Source: Octopus vulgaris (taxonomy: Eukaryota). Taken from it: a stretch of 64,000 nucleotides of DNA. The DNA lies in contig OX597825.1 in assembly GCA_951406725.2 (NCBI GenBank), positions 13,764,001 to 13,828,000 of the forward strand, in the 5' to 3' direction. Both the position numbers and the translations under genes were made by a program. This document shows positions 40,264-53,136 of the stretch, piece by piece; the stretch's first letter is position 1; each line of letters opens with the position of its first letter. The notes beneath the pieces are model-generated. The model had not been told where the DNA came from, ran no database searches, and worked only from the letters and a program-made list of their open reading frames with translations.

Positions 40264-40388
40264 GAACTAACTCTCGCCGTCGACGTATCTCAGATGTGCA
40301 TTTTATTGAATCACCAAACAATGTCACAAGTTATGTAGGTCAAACTACCGTACTTGAATGTAATGTGAAAAACTTACGAGGAAAACAA
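40264..40388 (+). CDS. Internal coding exon, N-terminal half of an Ig domain of a Dpr/ZIG-8-like cell-surface protein
   Basis: Pyrimidine tract and AG acceptor (tttgtctcttttgtag, ends 40263); donor caa|gtgagt at 40389. Phase 1 start, phase 0 end. Translates (G)TNSRRRRISDVHFIESPNNVTSYVGQTTVLECNVKNLRGKQ, with the F..P.NVT..vG....L.C.V.NL motif of Ig A-B strands. Confidence 0.9.
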
Positions 40389-40462
40389 GTGAGTAACATT
40401 TTCGTTTTTGGGTTTGGTTTGTAAGATTCTTTATATGAGTTTGGGTCTTGAAGCATTTTCTG

Positions 40463-40649
40463 TTGTGTCTGGGGAGAGTCATTCTCTTTTTGTGCCTTAT
40501 AAATATTATTAGAGAGTCAAGACTATTGAAAAGGTTGCAAGACACAACAGAAGTTTTAAGAAACTAAAAATAAGAAATAAGTGGAAATTTTACCGGTCAG
40601 TGTGTTACATTATAAGGCACAAAAAGAAAATGACTCTCTCCAGATACAA
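40463..40649. repeat. Inverted repeat (40-bp arms) formed by two opposed pieces of a dispersed element
   Basis: 40463-40502 versus 40610-40649; a non-inverted copy of the same element lies at about 42705-42875. Confidence 0.85.
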
Positions 40650-40841
40650 GGCAATCCAGAAAAATAGGATGAATGCTGCCGTTGATTAGCTCCAAGAGGC
40701 CATTGCCTCTAGCTAGCTATGTGACACAAACCTGTGTCCATTACAACCTTCGAACAGGTTTGTGTGTCACATAACTAATTGGAAGCGATGGCCTCTTGGA
40801 GCTAATCAACGGCAGCATTCATCCTATTTTTCTGGACTGCC
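40650..40841. repeat. Long fold-back hairpin, about 86-bp arms with 49 bp perfect, 18-nt loop
   Basis: 40655-40703 is the exact reverse complement of 40788-40836; the arms extend to 40650-40735 and 40754-40841 with mismatches. Confidence 0.95.
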
Positions 40842-41319
40842 ATGTTAGCTTGGTGATAACTATTAATATCCAGTACCACTGCTGTAGTCTCCTTTATAGA
40901 GAATTAGAAATATTAATATTTTCTGCATTATATGCATTTAGTCTCTCCAAATTTTGGCTTTGCTGTTGTTGTTTTAAATATATAGTCAATTTATTCAGAC
41001 TCATAAGGGCCAGTTTCCTTGGCTTTGTGGCATATATACTCCCCACCTGGTTGGGACACCGGTCCATCACAGGACAACTCATTTTTGCCAGCTGAGTGGA
41101 CTGGAGCAATGTGAAATTAAGTGTTTTGATCAAAAACACAACACATCTCCCAATCCAGGAATCGAAACTGCAATCTTACGATCACAAGTCCAACACCCTA
41201 ACCACTAAGCCATGTGCCTCCACAAGGACTCTGCTCTGAACTTGCCCAGTTCATGTTTTCTTTCTGCTCATGCAATCATATTCTGTTTATAGGAGGTGGT
41301 ACCTCAGTCGGGGCCGCTA

Positions 41320-41545
41320 CCCCTGACTGGGCAGTCCTTTGCTTGTATTTCCCACTTGTTGGCATTGATTTGAAAGTACTTCAGTGAGGCTCTGAGTACA
41401 TCTTTAAAATGCTTTTTCTACCCAACTTTTGTGCAATTGCCCTCTGCCAACTCCCTGTAAAACAGACTTTTGGGTTGTCATGTGTCAAGCTTTCAGACAA
41501 GGTGGGCTGCCCACCTGAGCTGCACTCTTTTCAGATCAGCTCAAG
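41320..41545 (-). mobile_element. RTE/BovB-like LINE C-terminal fragment, third family
   Basis: Minus strand LKRVQLRWAAHLV*KLDT*QPKSLFYRELAEGNCTKVG*KKHFKDVLRASLKYFQINANKWEIQAKD. Confidence 0.8.
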
Positions 41546-41844
41546 AGATGACCATTGACAAAGAAATTGTGAATCCAATATCCAAAATGTTCTTTCACTT
41601 TCATAATTCCTATTTCTATTGGAGCAACAGGATTTGCTCTTACCTGCCTGGAGCAAAAATATAACTGAATTGGGGTTCTGGGGGAGAAAATGCAACCACA
41701 ACTCTTTAATTTATATGTTGTAAATGCTTGCAATATCCGAGGCTATAGTAGAAGACACTTGCCCAAGGTGCCAAGCAGTGGGACTGTACACGGAACCATG
41801 TGGTTGGTAAGCAAGTTACTACTTACCACACACCCACTCCTGTG

Positions 41845-41886
<42 letters not shown>

Positions 41887-43969
41887 CATATATATATATT
41901 TTAATTATTTGTCTGCCAATTATTTGTAGTCATCAATGTCAAAGACACTCTCTCTCTAATTATTCATCATTTAAGTCTGACATAGGAACTAATCATTTTA
42001 ATTTAAAACTAGGTTTTTGTTGTTGTTGTTGTTGTTGTTTTGCAATGAAAAGGAATCAAACTTAAAATTTCAATTTTCTAATGTGCATCAAACTTCCCTC
42101 TTTCGTGGCTTTCATTTTCTTACACCCCACCTTGTCCTCCTCCTGCTCCCCACTCCCGACTGCCAACTCTCTTGTCCCTCCACCCTGCTGCGTCTCTCCT
42201 TGCTTCCCACTCCCCACCCAGCCAATAAAAACATAAAATTAAAAACTAAAAATAAACATCCTACCCATTGAAAGGAAAGCATAACATTCTACATAAAGCA
42301 TGTAGAATATTTTGGCCAGACATGCCCAGTTTAAATATTTAAGGGTTAGCCTCTGATCACCTGACATAAAGCCACCCCCCTTTCAGTACCACTACCCACC
42401 TCAGCTGAGGGGTCTTGTCTTTGTGAGTTACTTGGTGACCTGATCATATTTTGGTTAAAATGCTCTTCGGGCTTAATGAAAATGATCGGCACCTTCAGTT
42501 CTTGTCATTATTTTTATTATTTATTTATAAACTCTATTTTTTCTTTGATATTACTATAGGTTACATGTCCTTCTCTTCTTTTCCTATTTTATATTATCTT
42601 GCGCTACATGGCCATCCGTTGAAAACATGGTCTTTCTCTATATTTCACCATAACTGATGTTTCTAATGACCTGAGATAGTCTTAATTCTCATAAAACTAC
42701 CTCGTTACATTTCGTTTTTGGATTTGGTTTGCAAGATTCTTTATATGAGTTCGTGTATTGAGGCATATTCTGTTGTGTCTGGGGAGAGTCATTTTCTTTT
42801 TGTGCCTTATAATGTAGCACACTCACCAGTAAAATCTCCACTTATTTCTTACTTTTATTTTCCTAAAATTTCTAAGACTATTGAAAAAAAGGTTGTTACA
42901 AGCATTCTTTATGAAATATTCTATGGTCACTGGAAACCAAAGAAGACTTTTTCTATTAATGATAGGCACTGGTGTAGCTGTGTGGTTAAGAAGCTTCCTT
43001 TCCAACCATGAGGTCTTGGGTTCAATCCTACTACATGGCACCTTGAATAAGTGTTTTATACTGCACTGCAGTGACACCAGAGCCTGGTGGCTGGATTTGA
43101 TAGACAGAAACTGAAATAAGCTTGTTTTCTCTTTCCTCTCCTTTACGAAATAGGGTAATTATGTATCTCAGATAAAGCAAAACACCTGTTCTTTATGCCT
43201 CTATCATCATTTAATTTCTCCTCACCTGACACAAAACCACCTTCCTCAGTACTGCTTTCCAGCTCACCCGAGAGGTCCTGTCCTACAAGTCACTTGGTGA
43301 CCTCACTGGTGAAAGTGCCACATAAAAAACACCCAGTACACTCTGTAAAGTGGTTGGCGTTAGGAAGGGCACCCAGCCATAGAAACCATGCCAAAACAGA
43401 CAAGGAGCTTAAACTGCCCTTCAGCTGGTCACCTCCTGTCAAATTGTCCAACCCATGCCAGCAGGGAAAACAGACTTCAAATGATGATGATGATGATTGC
43501 TTATTTTTAGACAAACATTATAGGGTAGATGTGAGAGGCTGGATCTGGACAGTTTAAACATAAAACATGCAGAATATTTTGGCCAGATATGGCCAGTCTA
43601 AATATTTAAGGGTTAGCCTCTCATCACCTGACAAAAAGCCACCTCCCTCAGTACCACTACCCACCTCAGCTGAGGAGTATTGTCTTTGTGAGATACTTGG
43701 TGACCTCACTAGGCCTGGTGCCACATAAAAAGCACCCAGTAAACTCTGTTAAGAGGTTGGTGCTAGAAAGGGTATCTAATCATAGAAACCATGTTAAAGC
43801 AGACAGTAGAGGTTGATACAGTTTTCTGGCTCACCAAACCCTGTTTGACTGTCCAACCCATGCCAGCATGGAAAACACATTTAATGACGATTCTGATAAA
43901 CATATATATATATATATACACACACAGACATGTAGGAAGTAAATAGATACCTTTAATTTTCAAAATCTT

Positions 43970-44410
43970 TTATTTGATATTAATTGGTTGAAGGAGAAGT
44001 TTTCTTCTAGCTGATCGTCCATAATACCCAAGCTTAGGCAGATATGTAACACACATTCTTGGACTAACTTCTAGCTGTTTTGCAATGTCAGAAGCCTTCA
44101 AACAGGGTTCATTTTCCACAATTCTCTTCAAACAGCAAAGCTTCCTTTCCAAGGGCCCAGATAAGAATATGTTGATACTTTTCCTTGGCTTTTGAATTGC
44201 ACTATAATTCTATTATCAGTAGCTAGAGGAATTTGAAGATTTTCGGCAAATTTTCAATAGCTAAGATCAGCCTCAGATTGCCCAACAATACGACCTCTTG
44301 GAAAATCTGACAGTTCTGCTGAATTTTTGTGTGTGGCATGGTCACTTTTCACCATTGATGGAACGACCATTCGGTACACATTTGGGTGCACAAACTTTTT
44401 CCTCAACCTA
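43970..44410 (-). pseudogene. Tc1-family transposase relic (N-terminal DNA-binding region) with a probable left TIR
   Basis: Minus strand ATG at 44339, then frameshifted ELSDFPRGRIVGQ..S.*KFAENLQIPLAT.NRII..F...GKV and LKRIVENEP.LKASDIAKQLEVS....YL.KLGYYGRSARRK.LL...NIK. TIR-like aaaagtttgtgcaccc at about 44384-44410. Confidence 0.85.
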
Positions 44411-44462
<52 letters not shown>

Positions 44463-44463
<1 letters not shown>

Positions 44464-44533
44464 TTATATTTTGGAATGGTCATTTTGCCAGTTTAGCCAA
44501 TAAAAACACAAAATGACCATTCCGAAATATAAC
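44463..44533. repeat. 71-nt hairpin, 25-bp stem, 21-nt loop
   Basis: gttatattttggaatggtcattttg / caaaatgaccattccgaaatataac, with one T.G pair. Confidence 0.9.
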
Positions 44534-44591
44534 AATATCTGTTTCAACACACGACTTCACATAAAAAATCTTGCACAACAAATATTTAGAC

Positions 44592-44625
<34 letters not shown>

Positions 44626-46429
44626 TCATCATCATCATCATAATCGTTTAATGTCCGTTCTCCATGCTAGCATGGGTTGGACGGTTCGACCGGAGATATG
44701 GGAAGCCAGAAGGCTGCACCAGGCTCTGGTCTTATTTGGCAATATTTCTACAGCTGGATGCCTTTCCTAATGCCAACCACTCCGTGAGTGTAGTGGGTGC
44801 TTTTTACGTGCCACCTGCACTGGAGCCAGGCGAGGCTGGCATCGGCCACGGTCGGATTGGTGCATTTTATGTGCCACCTGCACGGAAGCCAGTCGAGGCG
44901 GCACTGGCTTTGGCCACGATTCGGATGGTGCTTTTTACGTGCCACGGGCTTCTTTCAGTTTCCATCAACCAAATCCATTCACAAGGCTTTGGTCGGCCCG
45001 AGGCTATAGTAGAAGTCATTTGCCCAAGGTGCCATGCAAGTGGGACTGAACCTGGACCCATGTGATTGAGAAGCTAACTCCTTACCCCACAGTCGTGCCT
45101 ATACCCTTTTTTAAAATTTACACACCCACACACACACCTACACATTCTTTTTTTTTATTCTTTTTTTTTTTGTTTTGCTATATTTCCTTCAAAGGTTCTC
45201 AACTCCAAAAATCATATAAATATTTTTCAAATATTGATAACAAAACCAAAACTGGTGCAGAAGGTCATTGTTTTTCTTTGCATGGGTTTTGTTATTCCAT
45301 TTGATTTTTCAGAACTAGTCTTCACCATGGAGAAATATTTTGCTATTGATCTCAGCATTTATTCAATACTGTATAATATGTTGCATATAAATGAAAGACA
45401 AAAAAACATCAAAATCAATAAATTAATTTCATTTTTTCATTTTTCTTTATTTATTTATATATATGAATGTATTTTTTTTTTTTCTCTAATTGAATTCGAG
45501 GCAAATGAACTTGATGCTATGCAACAAATAAAATCTTTTCTTTTCAATTCTTCTCCCCACCTCTCTCTGTCTCTCTCACACGTGCACATACACTCTCTGT
45601 CTCTCTCACACGTGCACATACACATACATGTATACGCGTGCACACAGGGAAAACATGAAAATAAATTTTTTTTAATTTTATGTTTTTTTTTTTTAAAAAT
45701 ATAACAGAACAAATGACATTAAAAAAATGGTAAAAAATGTGTAATTATTAAATAACTTAAATCAACATACAAATGATACAATAATTTGCAGTTAGGAAAT
45801 CTGTGAGATTTCTTCATGAATGGACATTCGAAAAGAAAGTCACACTGACATTTAATAATTTTATGTAGTTTCATTTCCTTTCTTACTTCCTTCCTTTCTT
45901 TCTTTCCTTCCTTACTTTCTTTTCTCCTCTCCCTCTTTCTTTCTTTTGTTCTTTCTTTCATTCTTTCTTTTGTTCGTTCCCTCTTTCCTTCTTTCTTTCA
46001 TTCTGTCCCTCATTTCTTCCTTTCAGTTTTTTTCCTCTTCCCGTTGCTATCCATGACCTTCTCATTGACAAGCAAACAACCGATTGATTGTTTAACCAGC
46101 ACATTAAACAAAAACAGTCGATTAGTTACTTGATTAAATATTTAACCAACTGGCAAACAATAAAGAAGTGATATCAAACCAGTGCATGCACTTATCATTA
46201 TTGGTGTGATGACCCTCCCAAGACTCAAAAAGATTCCTTCAAACATGTGAATTCCCATCAAGAATCTTGCAAACCAAATACAAAAACAAAGATGATTTTA
46301 ATCTTCTACCTTTACTTTGTTTCATTCATTAGACTGTGGCCATGCTGGGGCACAGCCTTGAAGAGTTTTAATTGAACAAAATGACCCGAGGACTTACCAT
46401 TTTTTTAAAGCCTAGTATTTATTCTATTG

Positions 46430-46898
46430 TTGAAATTTATAGAAAAGTAAAAGACGGAAACGGGTGTATGAATAACAAGCTGTTGTGGTAACTTGACACT
46501 CGGGAAAGTGAGAGAGTCTTTTACATTTTAAGCCTATGCTCTTCAGCAGAAGGAATAATAGAAAATAAACAGAGAGAGAATAAAAAAAAACTTGTGGATT
46601 TAGCAGTCAAGCACAGTAACTTATTCTGTTGGTTTCTTTTTGCCAAATTGCTAAGTCACAGGAACATAAACACACCAATGCTAATTGCCAGGCAGTACTG
46701 GGAGGCAAACACAGACACAAAAAAAAACATGTATTTTTTTTTGTTTTCGCTCCATTTTTCCCTCTCAAGCCTTTCTGTCAAAGAACATAGACTCAACACG
46801 TCAAAGACTTTTCCATTCTTACAAAGCATCAAACTAATACACCTGTTGGTTGTTCCGTCACCTGCCTTCATCCTTTGTTTTCTGTAAATTTGAACTAT
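46430..46898. mobile_element. Two inverted, diverged copies of a repeat with decayed hammerhead-like motifs, separated by a SINE fragment
   Basis: About 46430-46590 (minus) and 46735-46898 (plus) are loose reverse complements. Motifs: cttCTGCTGA-A-GAGCatagGCTT-AAAA-TG-TA-aaag and ctttCTGTCAA-A-GAACatagACTC-AACA-CG-TC-aaag. Confidence 0.45.
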
Positions 46899-47165
46899 AT
46901 ATATATATATAAAAATAAATGCACCCTTTTTAAGGCCTAGCCAGGCTTGTGGGCCCAGTTTCCCAGTTTCAATGGCGTATGTGTTCCCCAGCTGGATGGG
47001 ATGCCAGTCCATCGCAGCGTTACTCATTTTTGCCTGCTGAGTGGACTGGAGCAACGTGAAATGAAGTGTTTTGCTCAAGAACACAACACGTCGCCCAGTC
47101 CAGGAATCGAAACCTCAATCTTACGATCATGATGCTGACACCCTAACCACTAAGCCACATGACTC

Positions 47166-47272
<107 letters not shown>

Positions 47273-47570
47273 GGGCTTCTTTCAGTTTCTTTCTACCAAT
47301 TCCACTCACAATGCTTTGGTCGACCGAGGCTATAATAGAAGACACTTGCCCAAGGTGCCACACAGTGGGACTGAACCCGGAACCATGTGGCTGGTAAGCA
47401 AGCTTCCTACCACACAGCCATGCCTGATAAATTTTATTTTCCCATCTTCTATGTTTGCCATATTTACTTCTTTTTTTTCTTTTTTTTTTAAAATTTTACC
47501 TCTTTACAATTTTAAATTAAACCCGACTCATTAATTACCATTTACCATTGTGTTTCTTAATGACTTTCAG

Positions 47571-47781
47571 GTAGCATGGCGGAAACTACCATCCACTAGT
47601 CCCTTAACGATCGGAACTTTTGTATTTGAACCAGATCCAAACTATAAAATACGCAATGACATTAAACGCGAACAATGGGATCTAGTCATTGAAAATGTGC
47701 AAAAAAAGCACGCTGGAACCTATGAATGCCAAATTCCTTCAAATACAAAAATAGCTGTTCAAGTCAATTTAACAGTATTAG
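47571..47781 (+). CDS. Internal coding exon, C-terminal half of the same Ig domain
   Basis: Acceptor tgactttcag ends 47570; donor g|gtaagt at 47782. Phase 0 start matches the upstream exon across a 7182-bp intron. VAWRKLPSTSPLTIGTFVFEPDPNYKIRNDIKREQWDLVIENVQKKHAGTYECQIPSNTKIAVQVNLTVL has the C-strand W, W.L.I..V, G.YECQ and L.V motifs. The KQ|VAW split and LT.G motif resemble the Dpr family. Confidence 0.92.
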
Positions 47782-50700
47782 GTAAGTAGATGGAAGAACA
47801 ACAATAATTTCACACTTTCGTTTTCTGTTTTTTTTTTAATTCCTGATATTGTTCTGTTTTTGAGATAACAAGATGTTCAATGTTTGTTTTGTTGATGTTA
47901 GCTAAAATGATAAATCATTTTGTTTTTCGTTAATTTTCTTATTGTTAACGACTAATTTTTTTTTTTTTTTCCTCAACAAACATTAATCAATGTATTATTC
48001 TACAGCGTAAATCTATGTAGCTGTGATATTTTCTTGTTAATAATTTTATAAAAATATATATATATAATTGGCGTTAGGAAGGGCATCCATAGAAACATAT
48101 TTGACTGGGCCTGATGAAGCCTTCTGGCTTCACAGACCCCAGCAGAACCGTCCAACCCATGCTAGCATGGAAAACGGACGCTAAATGATGATGATGATGA
48201 TGATGATGATACGTGTTGCAGCTCTTGAATGTGAAAACTATCAAACTATCACTGGTGTCGCTTCTCATCAAACAAGTTGGCCTTGCTCTATCTATTCTCT
48301 CAAAAGAACTGTGGCATAAAGCTTTTAATATTTAGCTGAAAGTATGCTGGCGAGCTGACAGAAACATTAGCACACCAGATGGAATGCATAGCCATATTAC
48401 GTCTGTCTTTACGTTCTGAGTTCAAATTCCGTCGAGGTCGACTTTGCCTTTCATCCTTTCGGGATCGATAAATTAAGTACCAGTTATGCTCTGGGGTCGA
48501 TGTAATCGAGTTATTCCATTTGTCTGTCCTTGTTTGTCCTCTCTGTGTTTAGCCCCTTGTGGGTAGTAAAGAAATAGGTATTTCGTCTGTCTTTACATTC
48601 TGAGTTCAAATTCCAGCAAGGGCGACTTCACCTTTCATCCTTTTGAGGTCGATAAATTAAGTACCATTTCTATATCAGTATACAACTGGTACTTAATTTG
48701 ATCTAATCATCTGACCCCACGTCCCCTAAAATTTCGGGCCTTATGCCTAGAGTAGAAAAAAATATTTAACTGAAAATATAGTGGAAAGCTGGTATTTCAT
48801 CTGTCTTACGCTCTGAGTTCAAATTCTGCTGAGGCCGACTTTGCTGTTCAGCCATTCAGGGTCAATAAAATAAGTTACAGCTGAGCCCTGGGGTTGATTT
48901 AATCAACTTACCCCACCATCCAAAAATTGCTGGACTTGTACCAAAATTTGAAATTTGGGCATTACTGCCTTGTCAATTACATTCATTTTATGGATTAGTA
49001 TTTGCTTAATCATTTTTGGAAGGATTAAAGGTGAAGTTGGTGTTGAGAGGATTTGAACACAAACCATAAAATAACATAATCAAATGTGACAAAATATTTC
49101 ATCCGGTGCGCTATGGATCCTTTAAACCCACCAACACTACTTATTCAATGGATTAATTTATCAACACTTAGCTGTTGCTGTTCTGTTCTTACTATCATCA
49201 TCATAGTTTAACGCCCATTTTCCATACTGACATGGGTTTGATGGTTTCACTGAGGTCTGGAGAGCCAGCGGCTGCACCAGGCTCCAATCTGATCTGGCAG
49301 TGTTTCTACAGCTGAATGCCCTTCCTAATGCCAACCACTCCGAGAGTGTAGTGGGTGGTTTTTATGTGCCACTGGCACAGGAGCTAGTCAGGTGGGCTTG
49401 GCATCAATCATGTTCAGGTGGTGCTTTTTACGTACCACCATCATAGAAGCCAGTCTGGGGGTACTGGCATCAACCACATTTGGATGGCGCATCTTGCATG
49501 TCACTGGCATATGGGAACCAGTCAAGCAGACCTGGCATCGACCATGTTCGGATAGTGCTTTTTACATGCAACCGGCATGGAAACTATTCAGCGGGGTCAT
49601 TGTCCACAGCTACGATATTAGTTTTACTTGACTCAACAGATCTTCTCAAGCATATCATATTGCCCAATTTATCAGGGGTATTCTTAACAGGGTCGGACAT
49701 GCGTGGCTGCGATCTCACTTTAGTTGCCAGGTCTTCTCAATCACAGCATATCTCCTAAGTTCCCGATCTCACGTACAAACCATAAAATGGCTTAAAGGAT
49801 TTTAAGACAATTGGTAAATGTTTGCAGAAATCATGGATGCTTCAGCAGCAAACATAGTGATAACATGGTAGAATTTATTTCTAGTTTATAGTAAATATAG
49901 CTATATCTTTTTCAGTAACCATTTCATAGAATCTGCTTGTCTTCTTTTGTGATCAGCCTGGTTAGATGAAGTTTCTATCATTAAATGCTTAAATGAATAT
50001 ATATTGCAAGTGTTAATGCAGAAGCTGCTACTGATTATTTTGAATAACTGAGGAAAATGATTGCTCTAAAGATGCTACATATCATATCAAGCGCACTGTG
50101 AAGAAACTAGGCTTTTCTGGAAGAGTGTTTCTGTTAGAAAAAAAGAAACAAGCTTTTAGAGTTTCTAGAAAATAATCTGATGCTTTTTATGAGATTAAAT
50201 GGTGCCTGGTTGTATAAAATGAAAGGTCCTTCTTGTGTATTTTGCCAAAAAAACATAGGTCTTTCAAGAGATGCATGTTTTAGCATTCAAATTAGCTTTT
50301 GATGACTACAGGCATTTTCCAAGATGATTTTGACCCTGTTGATGCAATATTAGGCACAAGTAGACTTACGTGGCTTAGTGGTTCGGGTGTTGGATTCATG
50401 ACTGTAAGATCATGGTTTCAATTCTTGGACAGGGTCAAGCGTTGTGTTCTTGAGCAAAACACTTCATTTCATGGTGCTCCGGTCCACTCAGCTGGCAAAA
50501 AAGGAGTAATCCTCTAATGGACTAACATCCCATCCAGGTAGGGAATATACCAGGAAACTGGCCCTTATGAGCCAACATGACCCAAGAAGAAAACTTTACT
50601 GAGGAATTTCAACCGTGTTCCGTGGTCTGCTACCACAACAGCTCCTTTATAGGATCCAGTTAGTTCAAGACATTAGAGGAACTACATCCGGTTTTGGCCC

Positions 50701-50894
50701 CTACTCCTTTACCGTTTTGATGTGGCAGGGTCCCCCCCTTCGGAGGTGTCTTCAGCTCTGGTGTTGGGTGCGTGTCTTCTTTCTTCTGTTCCCTGGCCTC
50801 TTCGATGTAACGTCAGCGAGTGTCAGCCGGTGACTGACTGTCTTGTCAAATTTTTCCCTTTGAAAACCTGCTGCTTATTTAATACCAGGCAAAG

Positions 50895-51165
50895 TCTGTC
50901 CAACAAAATATTACTCCTTTTTGACAACGTACCAAACCATCCACTGAACTTAAATGAACTCTTTCATATTGGGAGAGTAGAACTTATTTTTAAAAACATG
51001 ACTTTTTAGCACCTGCCTGTGGATCAAATTTTCTGAGCCAACTTCAGGATGTTTTTTCTAGATGAATTTTGAAACTACTGATAAAAGTAATTCATGGGGG
51101 AATAAGTCTACATCTGGGGGTGATTGGGAAAAGCCCAATATCATAGATGCTGTTGATAACATGGT
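50895..51165 (+). pseudogene. pogo/Tigger DDE_1 transposase fragment
   Basis: KILLLFDNVPNHP..L.....VELIFKNMTF*HLPVDQIF*ANFR and later NIIDAVDN resemble the Tigger KILLLLDNAPGHP..FLPPNTTS.LQPMDQGII.NFK motif; internal stops. Confidence 0.75.
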
Positions 51166-51597
51166 CGAGACTAAATTTTATATGTACAGATGTCAAAACA
51201 TAACTACTTACAAACCATGCATGCCCTCATACAGATATATGTTCATGTATAAAGAAACCCACATATGCATGCTATATATACACACACATATATATATGTA
51301 TCTATATCTATATCTATACCTATCTATATATATATATATATTCATTATTTTATTTGATACAAAAAGTATGAAACCATGGTCCAGGAAATAGATGGTAAAT
51401 GATTTTATTTTTCATTCCCCTCGAGATTTTATCCCTAATTAGTGGTTTGAACTTTAGCTGTTCCTTCTAGCATAAGGGAGTCTTATAATGAATACCTCTT
51501 AATGTGATTAAATGTACACTGTATTTTATATATATATAAAGGAAAGAATAAATAGAGTTGAAAGGCAGAGAGAGTATAATTCGACAGCTGTTTAATG

Positions 51598-51709
51598 ACC
51601 ACTACACATGTTTCGATACAACATAGATCCACATATATACAGGATTTAAATTAAAATTATCTAATGGTTTACCTGTATAATAGGACTTAGTTGTATTTCC
51701 TCAGGTGAT
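51598..51709 (-). ncRNA. Type I hammerhead ribozyme candidate with about 85-nt stem II
   Basis: Minus strand AUCAC CUGAGGA A AUACAAC..UAUACAGG..CCUGUAUA..GUUGUAU C GAAA C AUGU GUA GUGGU. Stem I AUCAC/GUGGU. The first stem II pair is A.C instead of G-C. Confidence 0.65.
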
Positions 51710-52055
51710 ATATAATCACTGTCTCCACAAGTAAGTATATATCATGTGATCATGTGACTGACCAGGCTATCAGATGTTGCTACACATCGCTGGTCACAAT
51801 GCGCTTCACATTGCTTTAGCCTTCAAATGACACCATGCCGTTGGCTAAGTGAGCAGACCAACAGAAGAAAGAGTGAGAGAAAGTTGTGGTGAAAGAGTAC
51901 ATCAGGGATTACCACCACCCCCTGCCAGAGCTGCATGGAGCTTTAGATGTTTTTGCTCAATAAACACTCACAATGCCCGGTCTGGGAATCGAAACCGTGA
52001 TCCTATGACCATGAGTCCGCTGCCCTAACCACTGGGCTATTGCACCATTGCACCT

Positions 52056-52157
<102 letters not shown>

Positions 52158-52433
52158 CATATACATGTATGAACGCCCTGCACAAATAATTTGTTTATAG
52201 TGATCAAATGATTGTGCTGCACTTTAGCTCAGTCTCTCCATCAAATTGACGTTGTCTGAACAGGTGGATGGTGTACCACATGTCAGGTATTGAAATGACC
52301 ACAGAGCAATGGGAGATTAAGTGTTTTGCTCAAGAACACAACACAGGACTCAGTCTGGAAACTCATCACGCAATCATGTTCTATCAATCATAAGTGGAAC
52401 TCTCTAACTACTAAGCTATGTGCTCTCACATAA

Positions 52434-52473
<40 letters not shown>

Positions 52474-52955
52474 ACACACACACTTTCATAATTATATAAA
52501 TGGTAGAAACTTGAATGAATGGCATTCTTTATTTAAAGCCACTACAATTGTTTCGATGCATCTTTACACCTGTAGTAGATTGTTGAGATGTGGTGTAATC
52601 ATTATCATACATGCAAGACTTAAAATGCACTTTGTCAGGTGATTGTTTAAATAAGTTCTTTGTCAGATCCTTCTGCTGTTTCATTCAGTGTGAGAATGCA
52701 TACCCAAAGTGAGGTGTTGTTTTCAGCAGTTTTCAGACAAAATACAATTACAATCAAAATACAAAATACAGACATATAGAATAAGACAAAAACTGTGTCA
52801 GGTTAACTATAAATTACAATTCTATCTTTAATGGTTAGATTATAAATGAAGAATAAAATGAAAAATAATATTAAGCACATATAGGGATAATAAATAAGCA
52901 TTCTAGATAACAATAGCATTCGACAACGTTTTTACCCAAATCTTGTTTAACAATA

Positions 52956-52994
<39 letters not shown>

Positions 52995-53136
52995 GACGCA
53001 ACATCGGTAAAGAAATTTGAGAAATTTGAATAGAAAATGCGAAACCAGTTATTTCTCCCCAAACAATGTCACTATACACAAAATTTTATATCATTTTCCT
53101 AGCATGATTATTTTAATATATTATTTAAACCATATA

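Noticed and set aside
48105-48140. CTGATGA followed by a gaagcc/ggcttc stem
   Set aside because: Part of the RTE tail; no GAAA or NUH follows.
50600-50850. GC-rich island with minus-strand CTGAAGA
   Set aside because: No GAAA or stem closure; probably a retroelement UTR fragment that I cannot classify.
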